Of a stretch of DNA of 64,000 nt, positions 40,837 through 52,368 are shown piece by piece; positions within the stretch are counted from its first letter, which is position 1, and every line of letters starts with the position of its first letter. The DNA lies in NCBI GenBank assembly GCA_963782915.1, contig CAWALK010000012.1, positions 224,001 through 288,000 on the forward strand, written 5' to 3'. A program made the position numbers and the translations under genes. This DNA is from an uncultured archaeon (GTDB lineage: Archaea > Thermoproteota > Bathyarchaeia > Bathyarchaeales > Bathycorpusculaceae). Below the pieces are notes generated by a model, which saw only the letters and a program-made list of their open reading frames with translations, ran no database searches and had not been told where the DNA came from.

Positions 40837-41289
40837 TTAGAGGCTGTTTGTAGATACTTCTTTCACTCGGCTCTCGATGAATTCGGCGACTTTCTCTTCA
40901 CTGAATTTCCGTTCGTTCTCTTGGTCATAGATTTGCTGTTTAACGGTAGCGAGTAGTTTTTCAACGTCAACTGGTTTAAGTAGGTATGCGTCTGCGTTCT
41001 TGTTTAAGGCTGATATGGCGTTTTGCATTGAGGGGTAACCTGTGACCATTATTTTGCGTGTTCTTGGGACGCTGTCTTTGAGGAGTTTTAACAGTTCGAC
41101 TCCTTCCATGTCGGGCAATCTGATGTCGAGTAATGCAACGTTATAGTTTTTCTCTGTCGTCTTCTGAATTGCCTCTTTACCTGTAGCTGCCAAATCAACT
41201 AGGTAACCTTCGTCCTGAAGGATAGCTTTCATTGTTGTGCGGATTGTTTCGTCGTCGTCGACAACGAGGATTCTGGGATGCTTATCCAT
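40837..41289 (-). CDS. Response regulator receiver protein
   Basis: ILVVDDD, LLDIRLPDMEG, MVTG and YLLKP motifs. Confidence 0.92.
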   Translation of the reverse strand: MDKHPRILVVDDDETIRTTMKAILQDEGYLVDLAATGKEAIQKTTEKNYNVALLDIRLPDMEGVELLKLLKDSVPRTRKIMVTGYPSMQNAISALNKNADAYLLKPVDVEKLLATVKQQIYDQENERKFSEEKVAEFIESRVKEVSTNSL

Positions 41290-44200
41290 ACATTTTCACC
41301 TCCATTTTCATTCTCTAAATCAACTGGTAGAGTTATCGTGAAAGTTGTTCCTTGACCCTTAACGGTTTTAACAGATATTGAGCCTCTGTGTGCTTCAATG
41401 ATGCGTTTGCATATTGCTAAACCAAAGCCCATGCCCTGCGCCTTCGTGGTAAAGAGGGGCGAGAACAGTTTTGGCAGGATCTCATCGCCTATGCCTATTC
41501 CGGTATCTGCAAAAGATATCTCTAAGCCACCCTTAACTTCTTTGCCCTCAACGGTAATTTTGCCGCCGTCAGGCATAGCGTCAACCGCGTTTTTTATGAG
41601 GTTTGTGAAGACTCTTTTTGTCTTGTCAGGGTCGACTTTAATGATTGGCGTTTGGGATAGTTTATTTTTGACTTTTACGTTTTCGGGGATATTCATGATA
41701 ATTAATGAGTCATCGAGTAGCTTTTTGGGAGATTGACTTTCCAATGCCAGATGGATTTCTCGGGAGTAATCTAAGAGGTCATTTATGATTCGGTTAGAAT
41801 AATCTACGCATTTATCGATGGTTTCAAGCATTTCTCTTGCTTGACCGGGCGGTAGTTGACTGCCTTTTTTCTTCATGAAGTAGACTGAGTTTTTGATGCC
41901 GGTTAAGGGGTTTCTTAAGTCGTGCCCAATCATGCCGGCTAATTCGCCGATGGCTGCTAAACGCTCAGACTTAACAAGGTCTGCCTGTGTTTTTTTGAGT
42001 TCACCTGTTCTTTTCTGCACTATTTCTTCTAGTAACTGGGAATATTCAGCCAATTTGTTCTGCAGGCGTTTTCTTTCGTTAATGTCGATGGCAATCTCTA
42101 AGGCGGCAATGACTTTTCCATTTTTGTCTTTGATGGGTGTACTGATTAGTTCAGTCCACACGTCTCTGTCTTGGGTTTTTCTGTGGTAGTCACGTCGAAC
42201 GATGGCTTCGCCGTTTTCGAAGACTCTTTTAACGCCGCATCCTTCACAGACTTCTTTTGAGCCTCCGCCAAAGGTTTCATAGCAGTACTTGTTCTCGAGT
42301 TTACCACAACCGGTTAATTCTTGCGCTGTCCGGTTTGCCCAAATGATACGGTAATCTCGACTAACGATCGATAACACGACATTGGTGCTTGTTGTAACAC
42401 TCTCAAGAAGGTCTTTTTCTTGTCTGAGTGCTTCTTCCATTGCTTTCCATTCAGTGATATCCTTGATTATCGCAAGGAGGCAATTTTGGTTGTTTACCTT
42501 CACTGAGACGACTGAGAGGTCAATTGGGAATGAGGTACCGTCGCTTCTTAGCGCTGTTAATCCGAATTGCCGCTTTGATACAGAAGCCTTACTTAAATCA
42601 GCAAGGAATTCTAAATGTCTGCTGTGTGCTTGGGGCGGGATGACTAGTTCACTTAGTTTTTTACCTAAAGCTTGTTCTGATGAGAAGCCAAAGGTTTTCT
42701 CTGCAGCAGGATTCCAGTACAGAATATGGTCCTCTGCATCGCTCAACACTATCCCATCCATTGCAGAGGTACTTATAGCGCGAAAACGTTCTTCGCTAGA
42801 TCGCAGATCATCTTCTAACTGTTTGTGCTTTGTTATATCTTCTAATTCAACAACAAAAAGGACTGGTTTACCGTTGGAGTTTCTTATTGCATTTATAATG
42901 ACTCTTCCAATGATGGTAGTGCCGTCTTTTCTGATATAGCGTTTCTGATCTACGAATGAAGGGATTTCGCCTCTTTCAAGCATGGTAATGTTTTTGAAAC
43001 TTCTAGCTAACTCATCTGGGTGAGTAAGCTCCTTAAAAGTAAGCTTACGCAATTCGGTCTCGCTATATCCAAGAATTTTGCAGAATGCCTCGTTGGCAGT
43101 TAAGAAATTACGAGATTTGTCTGACGTAGCTATTCCGATGGGGGCATTAGCAACTACTGCTTTTGACAATTCCTCGCTTGCTTTAAGCGCCCTTTCTGCC
43201 TTTTTACGCTGAGAAATGTCAGAAATTACCGCTAAATAGCCTGTTTTCTTTTTTTGGTCATCGGTTATTATGGATATTGTGACAAGTGTATCGATGTGGC
43301 TTCCGTTTTTTTGGGGAAAAGCATATTCATACTGTCCCTTCGTATTTTCAGCTGTAAAACCAATGAGAATGCCCCTGATTTTCTCAACCCAATCAGCATC
43401 TAAAAAGTCGAAAAGCGTCTTACCAAGCATTTCACTTTCTTGGTACCCCAGCATCTGAGCCATACGTGGATTAACAAAGACACTAACATAGTCATTATCT
43501 ATTGCCCAGATGCCTTCTTCTGCAACTTTAACAAGCTGCCGATAGCGTGCTTCACTAGCCATTAGGGCGTTTTGGACTTTTTTGCCTTCCGTTACATCAT
43601 GCGCAATGCAGTGTAAGTAGGTTTTTCCCTGCGATTTGAAGGCTTTATTTGTAACCCCAACAGAACATATTTCACCTGTTTTTGTTCTATGTTTAGTTTC
43701 AAATTCTCCGCCACCATTTTTGACTAATTCCTTTAGGTGAGCTTTCACTTGCTCAGGGGTTTCTTCTGCTTGGATATCAAAAATTGTTATTTTTTCGAAT
43801 TCTTGTCGGGAATAACCCAACTGTAGGTGTGCAATATCGTTAAATTCAGCGAAACTTGCGGTTTCTGGGTCGATAACCATGACGCCGATTGGTGCTTGAC
43901 TAAAAAGTGCATGATACCTTTGTTCCGCCTCTTTGAGCTTTTGATTGGATAGTTTTCTTCGGGTAATGTCTTTCACCACTGCCACTGCATTCCATTTGCC
44001 GCCAGAACGCATAGAAGAGAGGGATAGTTCTGCGGGGAATTCGCTGCCATCTTTGCGGCATGCAGTAACCTCCACGTTTCCCACCGTGAAGTACCCTAAC
44101 CCTGTGTTACTGAAGCTTTTTACGCTCTGTTGAATGCGGTCTTTTCCTTCCTTGCACATCGTTTTTGGAACTACAAGTTCATGGATTACTTTGCCGAGTG

Positions 44201-44732
44201 CTTCATCGTTTGTATAGCCAAACGTTATTTCGGCAGCAGGATTCCAATAAGTAACTTTTGCGTCTTCATTGACTAAAATCAGGGGGTCTTTTATTGATCG
44301 TGCAATCCCGTTAAATCGTTCCTCGCTGGTCCGTAGGGCAGTACGCATCTTTTTGGTGTGTGTCACGTCATGGAAAACTACTACATCGAGCACTTGCCCA
44401 TTGTATTCGACTATTTTGGCGTTTACTTCAAGCAGAATCTCTTGTCCATTCCTGCCTCTCAAGGTTACTCTATATGGCTCAATGGAGTTGCCGCTTAGTC
44501 TCTTTTTGAGGTTTTCTTTGATAAGTATGGTCTGTTTTTCATTGAAGATCTTTAGCTCAAAAAAGTTTTTGTTAATAAAATCTTCCATTTTTACGTCTAT
44601 GATTTTCTCTACAATGGGGTTTGAAGCTATGATTCGTCCTGAAGAATCCATCACTACTACTGGATCGGCGATGAAACCTATTATTGCTGAAAAGGCATCA
44701 TCGGCTTTTTTGGTCAGGTTTCGCTCCGTCAT
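41229..44732 (-). CDS. Multi-PAS (about 7) sensor histidine kinase
   Basis: Repeated PAS/PAC units (N.AAE..FG, R.DG..FP, DIT..K), H-box GHDLRNPL and HATPase boxes. Confidence 0.93.
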   Translation of the reverse strand: MTERNLTKKADDAFSAIIGFIADPVVVMDSSGRIIASNPIVEKIIDVKMEDFINKNFFELKIFNEKQTILIKENLKKRLSGNSIEPYRVTLRGRNGQEILLEVNAKIVEYNGQVLDVVVFHDVTHTKKMRTALRTSEERFNGIARSIKDPLILVNEDAKVTYWNPAAEITFGYTNDEALGKVIHELVVPKTMCKEGKDRIQQSVKSFSNTGLGYFTVGNVEVTACRKDGSEFPAELSLSSMRSGGKWNAVAVVKDITRRKLSNQKLKEAEQRYHALFSQAPIGVMVIDPETASFAEFNDIAHLQLGYSRQEFEKITIFDIQAEETPEQVKAHLKELVKNGGGEFETKHRTKTGEICSVGVTNKAFKSQGKTYLHCIAHDVTEGKKVQNALMASEARYRQLVKVAEEGIWAIDNDYVSVFVNPRMAQMLGYQESEMLGKTLFDFLDADWVEKIRGILIGFTAENTKGQYEYAFPQKNGSHIDTLVTISIITDDQKKKTGYLAVISDISQRKKAERALKASEELSKAVVANAPIGIATSDKSRNFLTANEAFCKILGYSETELRKLTFKELTHPDELARSFKNITMLERGEIPSFVDQKRYIRKDGTTIIGRVIINAIRNSNGKPVLFVVELEDITKHKQLEDDLRSSEERFRAISTSAMDGIVLSDAEDHILYWNPAAEKTFGFSSEQALGKKLSELVIPPQAHSRHLEFLADLSKASVSKRQFGLTALRSDGTSFPIDLSVVSVKVNNQNCLLAIIKDITEWKAMEEALRQEKDLLESVTTSTNVVLSIVSRDYRIIWANRTAQELTGCGKLENKYCYETFGGGSKEVCEGCGVKRVFENGEAIVRRDYHRKTQDRDVWTELISTPIKDKNGKVIAALEIAIDINERKRLQNKLAEYSQLLEEIVQKRTGELKKTQADLVKSERLAAIGELAGMIGHDLRNPLTGIKNSVYFMKKKGSQLPPGQAREMLETIDKCVDYSNRIINDLLDYSREIHLALESQSPKKLLDDSLIIMNIPENVKVKNKLSQTPIIKVDPDKTKRVFTNLIKNAVDAMPDGGKITVEGKEVKGGLEISFADTGIGIGDEILPKLFSPLFTTKAQGMGFGLAICKRIIEAHRGSISVKTVKGQGTTFTITLPVDLENENGGENVWISIPESSLSTTTKQSAQQ

Positions 44733-45141
44733 CCAGTAGAACCTCTATGTCACCAGTTTTGCCTTCACCCTCCATACATAACTTAACCAGCTTCAGGTAT
44801 TTTTCAAAGGTTAAATCGGGTACAAGCCATTTTGGTCCAACCCATTTATAATTGCAATTAACTTTCTCATTGAGATTTTTCATTATCAAAATCTCAAGCG
44901 GAGTTGAAGCTTGCCCAAAAATCCGATCAAGAGCATCTGTGAAATCTTCAACCCTATCAGGGATATCCTGCTTAGGCAATCCAAACTTGTTTTCTAAATG
45001 GAAATATATGGATGTTTTTACGTTTTGACCAAGCGCTGTAAAGGCTACATCTATGGCATCTAATAGTATCACTGCAAATTTCTTCTCAGTTTTTGTTTTA
45101 GCCAAATCCGTCAGCCCGATATAGTTGCTTGCTTCGCCCAT
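44698..45141 (-). CDS. Hypothetical protein resembling the archaeal NitrOD5/DUF3227-type signalling output domain
   Basis: LL.AID..F..LG..VK..IYFHLE.KF...K.DIP.....F..AL..IFG pattern; first gene of the HK-RR operon. The family name is recalled, not searched. Confidence 0.55.
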   Translation of the reverse strand: MGEASNYIGLTDLAKTKTEKKFAVILLDAIDVAFTALGQNVKTSIYFHLENKFGLPKQDIPDRVEDFTDALDRIFGQASTPLEILIMKNLNEKVNCNYKWVGPKWLVPDLTFEKYLKLVKLCMEGEGKTGDIEVLLDDGAKPDQKSR

Positions 45142-45428
45142 TATTCGTCTCTGAATATACTGCTAAAGTGATATAAAAGAAAGTAAAGGCTTATGAAGCC
45201 AAAATCCACACTGCAAATTCATCACTTATCCAAATAGTAGATCAGCGTTTTTTCGCCAAAAATTGCTATGTTGGGAGTAAAAATTGTGTGTGTGTGTGAA
45301 CAACAGTAGTGTACAAATCCCTAGCAAACCCTATAAACGAAAAAGCAATAGTATAAGCTTTTATACGTATGTTGCTGAGAGATGTTAAAAAGAAGAGTAT
45401 CGCTTCCGCGAGAGGGGTAAAAGACTAA

Positions 45429-48400
45429 GTGCCGTACATCAAAAAAATTGAGTTGAAGGGCTTTAAGTCTTTTGGGCCACAAACAGTCAAGGTTAACTTT
45501 GACAAGGGTTTCACAGCGATTACTGGACCCAACGGAAGCGGCAAAACCAACATCATGGACGCATTACTCTTCTCACTGGGAGAACTTAGCACCAGAAGGC
45601 TCAGAGCAGAAAACTCTGCCAAACTAATTTTCCACGGCTCAGAAAAAGGCGGCTTAGAAAAAGCCAAAATGGCCAAAGTAGTCGTCCAATTCGACAACAC
45701 AGACGGCTTAATGCCCGTAGACACAACCACCGTCACCATCAGCCGTGAAGTCTACCGCAACGGCCAAAGCGTCTACCGCCTAAACGGACGCAGAATGAGC
45801 CGTACCCATATCACCGAAACCCTCTCTATGGCTGCCATTAGCAGCTTGAGTAATAACATTATCCCACAGGGCACAATCACCAGGTTAACAGACCTAAACG
45901 CTCTAGAACGCCGCAAAATCATTGAAGATCTCATCGGCATAGCCCAATATGACGCAGAAAAAACCGAAGCAGAAGAAAAACTCCGCGCCGCCGACATCTC
46001 CATCCGAACAGCCATGGGCAGAATCGACGAAGTCCAAAAACGCCTCGACGACTTAGAACGCGAACGCAACCAACTCCTCCGCTACAACTTCATACAAACC
46101 GAAACCCGCAAGTTCCAAGCAGTCAAAGTTTCAAGTGACATAGCCGCGCAGAACATCAAAATCGCTGAAAGCACCACCCAAGCCCTAACAGTCAAAGAAC
46201 GCGTAGACAAACTAAAAGAACAGCGTGATCTGCGCAGAAATAGACGACATGAAATTGAGGGTGACTGGCGCAAACTCAGCGGGGAAGGCTTAGAACAAGG
46301 CGGCTCCGAAGTCCTAAAAGTCCAAATTAAAGTCGGCGAATTAAAATCCAAATTAACTGAATTAAACTCCAGAATTAATTCTGGGCAATCAAGCCTTGAC
46401 AGTTTCAAACGAGTCAAAGAAAACAACATTGCCCAACATGACAGCTTACAAAAAGAAATCCGTGACAACCGACTTAAAATCCGCCAGTACCGCGCAGAAT
46501 TCGAAAAAATCAAAGCTGAATTAGCTGAAAAGCAGGCGCAGCATGAAACCTTAGCAAAAGAAACTGCACAGCTATGGGAAGGATTGGACGGCAACAATCA
46601 GCAGATACATCAGCTTGACGGCCAAACAGATGGCTATGTTAGGCGTTTGGCGTTTTTGCGTTCTGAATACAAACAGGACAAAGCCGCACTTGCGTTTATG
46701 TGTGGGTAGACTCAAGAACCTTAACGCTCGTAAAGAAAAATTCATCACAAGTCAAGCCGAAATCGAGAAATCACTCGGCGAACTCGAACAAGTGCAAAGG
46801 GACCAGAAAGCCCAACTCAAAAACCTCGAGCACATGATCGAGAAAAAGAAGCTGCAGAAAGAAATGGTGCAGAAAGAGATTGAAGACGCCGAAAAAATCG
46901 CTACCTCCGCAAAGGATGCTGTTATCGAATTCGCCACCCAACGCGACTTAGCCGCCACCATCGCAGCAGAAGAGAAAGCGCTTCGCGGCGTGGAAGAGAT
47001 GGGTAATGTTGGCGCCATCAATGGCATCCAGGGCAGACTGCGCAACTTGGTAAAAATCGATAAAAGCTTCAAGAAAGCCATCGACGCCGCCGCAACAGGT
47101 TGGCTAGATGCATTAGTAGTTAAAGACATTGAAGTCGCCTTCACCTGCACCGAATCGCTGCGTCGTATGAAGTTGGGCAGAATCAAAATCATTCCCCTCC
47201 AAGGCGCTATAAACCCCAAAAACAAGCCAGTGCCCAAACGCGAAGGCGTCATGGGACCATTGAGCAGCTTCATGAAGTACGAAAGCAGCTGTGAAATAGC
47301 GGTAAACTATGTTTTCGGCGATACCATCGTAGTCTCAAACGACAAAACAGGTTTTGCACTCTCAAACGAGGGTTACCGAGCCGTCACAGTCAGCGGCGAC
47401 GTTTTCGAACCAGGCGCATTTGAAAGCGGCTACTACCGAGCCCCAATAGATTTCTCAACGATTATTCCAAGCGAGAATGCACTCAAAAGCCTCGATGAAG
47501 CCGTCAAAGCCCTGCAAACCCATCTTACTCAACGGGGCACAGACATCATTGGCATCGAAGAAGAACTTGAGCACAACAAAATCGATATGACCCGCCTTGA
47601 AGAAGGCATCGCAACCTTAGAGCGCGAAATTATCCGTGTCCGCCGAGGCGTCAAACGCACACAATTCAACATACGCCACATCGACAAATACGGCAGCAAA
47701 CTGGAACGTGAAGCAGCCGCCTTCAAAGGCCGCATGAGCGTATACCGCAACGAACGCAACAACATCAAAATTAACCTCAAAAGAATCCACACCCAAGTCG
47801 CCGAACTCAGACTAAAAACCGATATTGGCCACATCCAAGAACTTGAGGTGCAGCGTGAAAAGTTCGGTGAAGAAGTCAACACCCTACGCCAACGCTTAGG
47901 CTCCATGCAAACGGAGATTAACACTAACCAATCCCAGTTTGACCGTGTCCTGCGTATCGGATACAAGAACACAAAGGTTCAGCTTTCAAAAATTGATCAG
48001 CAGCAGGAGAAGTTGCAAAAGGAACTCGCCGACGCCATCGTTGAGCGTGATGCAATCAAGATAGAAACCGATGGGTTGGAAAAGAGCCGGGTTGAATTAT
48101 CCAATGCGGTGCTCTCAGCCCGTGAGGAATCCAAAAAGTTTACTTCGCAAATTGACACTATCGACTCTGAGCTTCGACTTCTAGATACGGAGTATGAGCA
48201 GGCCGATAAACTTCAGAACCAATTGCATGTGAGCATGGAGACTGCTCAGCTTCGTCTTCAGCAACTGCAATCGCAACTCAAACTCTACGGTTACGAGCAA
48301 CCACTTGAAACCACGCAGCGACAGGTACAAGACGCTGAAACTACCGTCCGCATGATGCAGTTCGAAATGGACCGCATCGGCGCAGTCAACCAACTCGCCG

Positions 48401-48984
48401 CAGCCCACTACGCCGACCAAATCAGCCGCTACCGAGAACTCTCCGTGCGCCTAAACGAGTTGGAACGCGAAAAACAAGCTATAGTTGCGTTTATGGATGA
48501 AATCGAAGCTAAAAAACGCAAAGTCTTCATGACTGCATTCGAAAAAATCAATGCAAGCTTAACCGTTTACTTCGAAAAAATGACCGGCGGCGGCAGCGCC
48601 ACACTCAAACTCGAAAACCCAGAGGAGCCTTTCTCCGGGGGTATCGACATGATTGTGCAGTTCCCCAACAAACCCTCCATCACCGTCAGTGGAGCCAGCG
48701 GTGGCGAACGATCCATCTCAGCAGTCGCCTTCATATTCTCACTTAAAGAATTCTCGCCTGCGGCATTCTATATCCTCGACGAAGTTGACGCCCACTTAGA
48801 CGCTTACCACACTACCAAACTCGCCGAAACCATCCTCTCAGAAGCCGGTAAAACCCAGTTTATAATCATCAGCTTACGGCCTGAAATGGTTAACAAAGCC
48901 CAGAGAATCTACGGTGTCTACGAACGCAACGGTATATCAAGCGTTGTAACAGCGAAGTTCCCGCCGGAGGCGCCAGCAAGCTAA
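45429..48984 (+). CDS. smc: Chromosome segregation protein SMC, frameshift near 46700
   Basis: GFKSF, GPNGSGKTN, long coiled coils, hinge (G..G.L..L), SGGE and LDEVDA.LD motifs. Confidence 0.95.
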
Positions 48985-49712
48985 TGTCGTCAACAACAGC
49001 CTCGACCGCTCCGATGCGTAGGCCGTTTTATCTGCGTCCACCCTGGAACATCCTCTTTGAAATTAGCAAGCTTGAGAAGCTTACTCCATGGAACGTTAAC
49101 ATAGCTTATTTGTTGCGCACTTTTCTCTCTGAGATGGAGAAGAGCGGTCCTGAAAAAGTTGATTTCAGAGCTTCAGGCGTCGCATTGGATTCTTCTGCAT
49201 TAATCTATTTGATGAAGTCAAAGCTGTTGCTTACTCTCCAAGAGCCGCCTGCGCCGATTCTGAAGGTTCCGACGGATTTTGTTCCGCCGCCGCTATTTCT
49301 GCCACTGCGACATGAACTGACTTCTACGACTATTCAGCATCTGCTTGAAGTCCTTGACGATGTTTTAAAGGGTGAAAAACTGCTTAGCCTCAATCATGTG
49401 ATCGAGCAGCACCCCATTCTGCCAGCAGTAACCGACTTGCTGCCAAAATTCGACAGATTCATCGCTGAATTAGAATTTGAAGTTGACAAACTCTTCGCCA
49501 TCCTAATGGAGAAAACCGGTGGACAGGGCATCGTCGACTTCTCAAGCCTCTCCAAAGGCGCGACGCGTATAGAAGCGCTGAGAATGTTTATTTATCTGCT
49601 ATTCCTTGCCCAGGATGGCATGGTTAGCCTGTGGCAGAATGAAGAAACCGAAGAACTCTACATAGCTGTGGGGAAATTAAACGTTGGAAAAGCCGAACGA
49701 CCAACCAATTAA
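48984..49712 (+). CDS. scpA: Kleisin ScpA
   Basis: PW.VNI..L, ASG.AL.SA......KS and C-terminal F..LLFLA..G.V.L.Q; lies between smc and scpB. Confidence 0.85.
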   Translation: MSSTTASTAPMRRPFYLRPPWNILFEISKLEKLTPWNVNIAYLLRTFLSEMEKSGPEKVDFRASGVALDSSALIYLMKSKLLLTLQEPPAPILKVPTDFVPPPLFLPLRHELTSTTIQHLLEVLDDVLKGEKLLSLNHVIEQHPILPAVTDLLPKFDRFIAELEFEVDKLFAILMEKTGGQGIVDFSSLSKGATRIEALRMFIYLLFLAQDGMVSLWQNEETEELYIAVGKLNVGKAERPTN

Positions 49713-50433
49713 TCAAGACAAACCGATTCAGGTAGCTCCGGCTCCTGAACCAGTGCAAACTACACTTCCTGAACCGGAACCCGCAGTGGATACTAACGAA
49801 CGCAAAACCCATGTGCTACGACTGCTTGAAGCCGCCCTCTATGTTGCCGGACGCCCCCTTGACTTAAACGAGTTATGCCAAGTTGTAGGCAGCCGCAGCA
49901 AAAAACGGGTCATCAGCTATGCTGAGATGCTAATGGAGCAATACAAAGCCCGCAACAGCCCCATGGAGGTACTGGCACTAAAAGATGAACGCTACGTTTT
50001 GCAGGTTAAAGCCGAATTCACGCCTCTAATCAAAAAACTTGTCAACCGCCCATTGTTATCGGCGGGTCCACTAAAAACGCTCTCATACATTGCTTATCGC
50101 CAACCCATCAGCCAAAAAAGAGTCGTTGAAGTTCGTGGGCAACACGCTTACGGACATGTTAAGATGCTCAAGGACATGGGTTTGATTATGACGGAACGCA
50201 TGGGGCGCTCATTGGCGTTGAAGACGACTGATTACTTTGCTGATTACTTTGGCTTAACTCAGGATATGTCTGTTCTTAAGAGGGATTTGCGTAAGATTTT
50301 CGGTGAAGCCATCAAAGAAGACATGGCTGAGCGGGAAAAGAAGGAAGCTGAGGAAGAGAAACAGGCGATGGCTGAAATAGAGGAACCGAAAGAAAACCGC
50401 GGCTCCCAAGAAAACAAAGCTAAACAAGCATAA
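49684..50433 (+). CDS. scpB: SMC-Scp complex subunit ScpB
   Basis: LEAALY, LS...LKTL.YIAY.QPI......RG and TT..F..YFGL motifs. Confidence 0.93.
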   Translation: MEKPNDQPINQDKPIQVAPAPEPVQTTLPEPEPAVDTNERKTHVLRLLEAALYVAGRPLDLNELCQVVGSRSKKRVISYAEMLMEQYKARNSPMEVLALKDERYVLQVKAEFTPLIKKLVNRPLLSAGPLKTLSYIAYRQPISQKRVVEVRGQHAYGHVKMLKDMGLIMTERMGRSLALKTTDYFADYFGLTQDMSVLKRDLRKIFGEAIKEDMAEREKKEAEEEKQAMAEIEEPKENRGSQENKAKQA

Positions 50434-50468
50434 GAAAAAAGGAAAAGAGGCAAATAATTTTGCCTTTG

Positions 50469-51243
50469 TTACCTCATCATTTTCCTGAATTGATGCATCG
50501 TCACGCCTATACTCAAAAGTGCGATAAGCAGCAGCACTCCGCCGGCAGCGAATATGGTTCCCCATTCAAATCCTGTAAGGGTTAACCCCCGCAAGGCGTT
50601 TGTCGTGAAGGTAATGGGGTTGATGTTTGCGAGTGTTTGCATCCAATCAGGCAGTAAGGCAAGCGGCATGAAGGCGGTGCTTATGAAGATCAGCGGGAAC
50701 GTTAGGAACATGCTTAATCCAGTGACTGTTTCGGCGCTTTTTGTTGTTAACCCTAATGCTAGCGAGAAGCCTGAGCCTGCAATTGCGAAGATAGCCATTG
50801 TTATGAGGATCAATATTATGCCGGGTGCTCCTGTTATGAAGTTAGCACCCATCAGAGCTGATAGTACTGAGTAGTATGGCGGATTGAATGACTATTCTGA
50901 CTGCATCGCTAAGTAGTCGCCCAAGCAGAATGGCTGGTCTGCTAACGGGTGTTACGAGTAGCTTGGAGAGGTATTCTGAATCATAGTCTTCGACTAACGC
51001 TGATCCGGACTGCATAGCAGTGCTAAACGCCATCATCAGCAGGATGCCCGCGACTGCAAATTCAAGGTAGCCCCCGGTTGGGAAACCCGGCATGTTTCCT
51101 AAAGAACTAAACAACTGAGTAAATATCGCAAGAAACATCACCGGCGTCAAAAGCGAGAGCAGAAACAGCGTTGGCGAACGTAGGAACTTCTTCATTGACC
51201 TAGTAAACATGTACCAAACATCATAACCAAAATCGTTTGTCAT
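50469..51243 (-). CDS. ABC-2 type exporter permease (DrrB-like), frameshift near 50850
   Basis: LL.TPVSR..IL.GR, FPL.F.S.AF.P...LP.W and NP.T....ALR motifs. Confidence 0.88.
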
Positions 51244-51255
51244 CTCTTTAGCCTC

Positions 51256-52278
51256 CTAATGGAAGGGTATCTTCCGCTTTTTGGGCATCTTCTCAAAAGC
51301 ATGGATAGGCTTTTTCTGAAGCTCTTCAGGCCGAATCCTTCTACCCGTGTGCTGAAGAAAGACATCATCTAACGAGGGCGAGGAGAAGCTTACTGAAGCT
51401 AGTGGAATCTTGTTAAGATCAAAGGCTCGCACGATTTCGGGGATAATTTGTCCCGCATTCTGTGCAATAACGGCTAGTCCCTCATCAGTGTCGATTACTT
51501 TTGTAACGCCGCCGATGTTGCCTGCGATTTTTCTCGGTTTCTCTTTACTTTCAGGGCTGTTCTCAGTTAGTTTGATAGCGATGGTGTCTCCGCCGATCTG
51601 CTGTTTCAACTCTGCAGGAGACCCGCTTATGATCAGTTGACCATGGTCGATTATGAAGAGGCGCTTGCAGAGTTTGTCAGCCTCGTCCAAATACTGCGTT
51701 GTTAGGAAAACTGTAACGCCCTGAGTTTTGTTTATTTCTTCGAGGTAGCGCCATATTGCCGCACGAGACTGCGGGTCTAATCCCAACGTGGGTTCGTCTA
51801 GGAAGAGCAGTTTTGGCTTATGAACCAAAGCGGATGCCAAATCGAGTCGCCGCTTCATTCCTCCCGAGTACTGGGAAGCTTTCTTGTCTGCTACTTCCAC
51901 AAGACCAACTAAGCTGAGCAGTTCATTGACGCGTTGCTCGAGGGCTGCTCCGTGCATTCTTTGCAGGTGCCCTTGTAGCATCAGGTTTTCTCTTCCTGTC
52001 AAGTCATCGTCAACTATGGTGTATTGGCTTTGGACACCGATTAATCGGCGGATTTCTTTTGCATTGGTTTTTACATCGTAGCCTGCTATGGTTACTTGCC
52101 CGGAGGTTTTCTCCAAGAGGGTTGTTAGGACTTTTATGGTGGTGGTTTTTCCTGCGCCGTTTGGGCCTAGGAAACCGAAGAATTCCCCTTCTTTGATTGA
52201 GAAGGAGATATCGTTAACGGCTTTTGTGCCATCAGGATACACTTCCACGAGGTTTTCTACTTTTATGATATCTGACAT
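51256..52278 (-). CDS. ABC exporter ATP-binding protein (DrrA-like)
   Basis: GPNGAGKTT, YSGGMKRR, LDEPT.GLDP and C-terminal PSLDDVFL. Confidence 0.92.
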   Translation of the reverse strand: MSDIIKVENLVEVYPDGTKAVNDISFSIKEGEFFGFLGPNGAGKTTTIKVLTTLLEKTSGQVTIAGYDVKTNAKEIRRLIGVQSQYTIVDDDLTGRENLMLQGHLQRMHGAALEQRVNELLSLVGLVEVADKKASQYSGGMKRRLDLASALVHKPKLLFLDEPTLGLDPQSRAAIWRYLEEINKTQGVTVFLTTQYLDEADKLCKRLFIIDHGQLIISGSPAELKQQIGGDTIAIKLTENSPESKEKPRKIAGNIGGVTKVIDTDEGLAVIAQNAGQIIPEIVRAFDLNKIPLASVSFSSPSLDDVFLQHTGRRIRPEELQKKPIHAFEKMPKKRKIPFH

Positions 52279-52368
52279 TTAATCGCCGGATACCCTGAGG
52301 TGGGACTATGCGGATTAGTTTTATAGCGGATATATCCTCTCCAAAATCTTTATGGCTCCACCCAACTA

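Noticed and set aside
45284-45298. (TG)7 microsatellite between smc and the signalling operon
   Set aside because: Short and isolated, with no evidence for phase variation.
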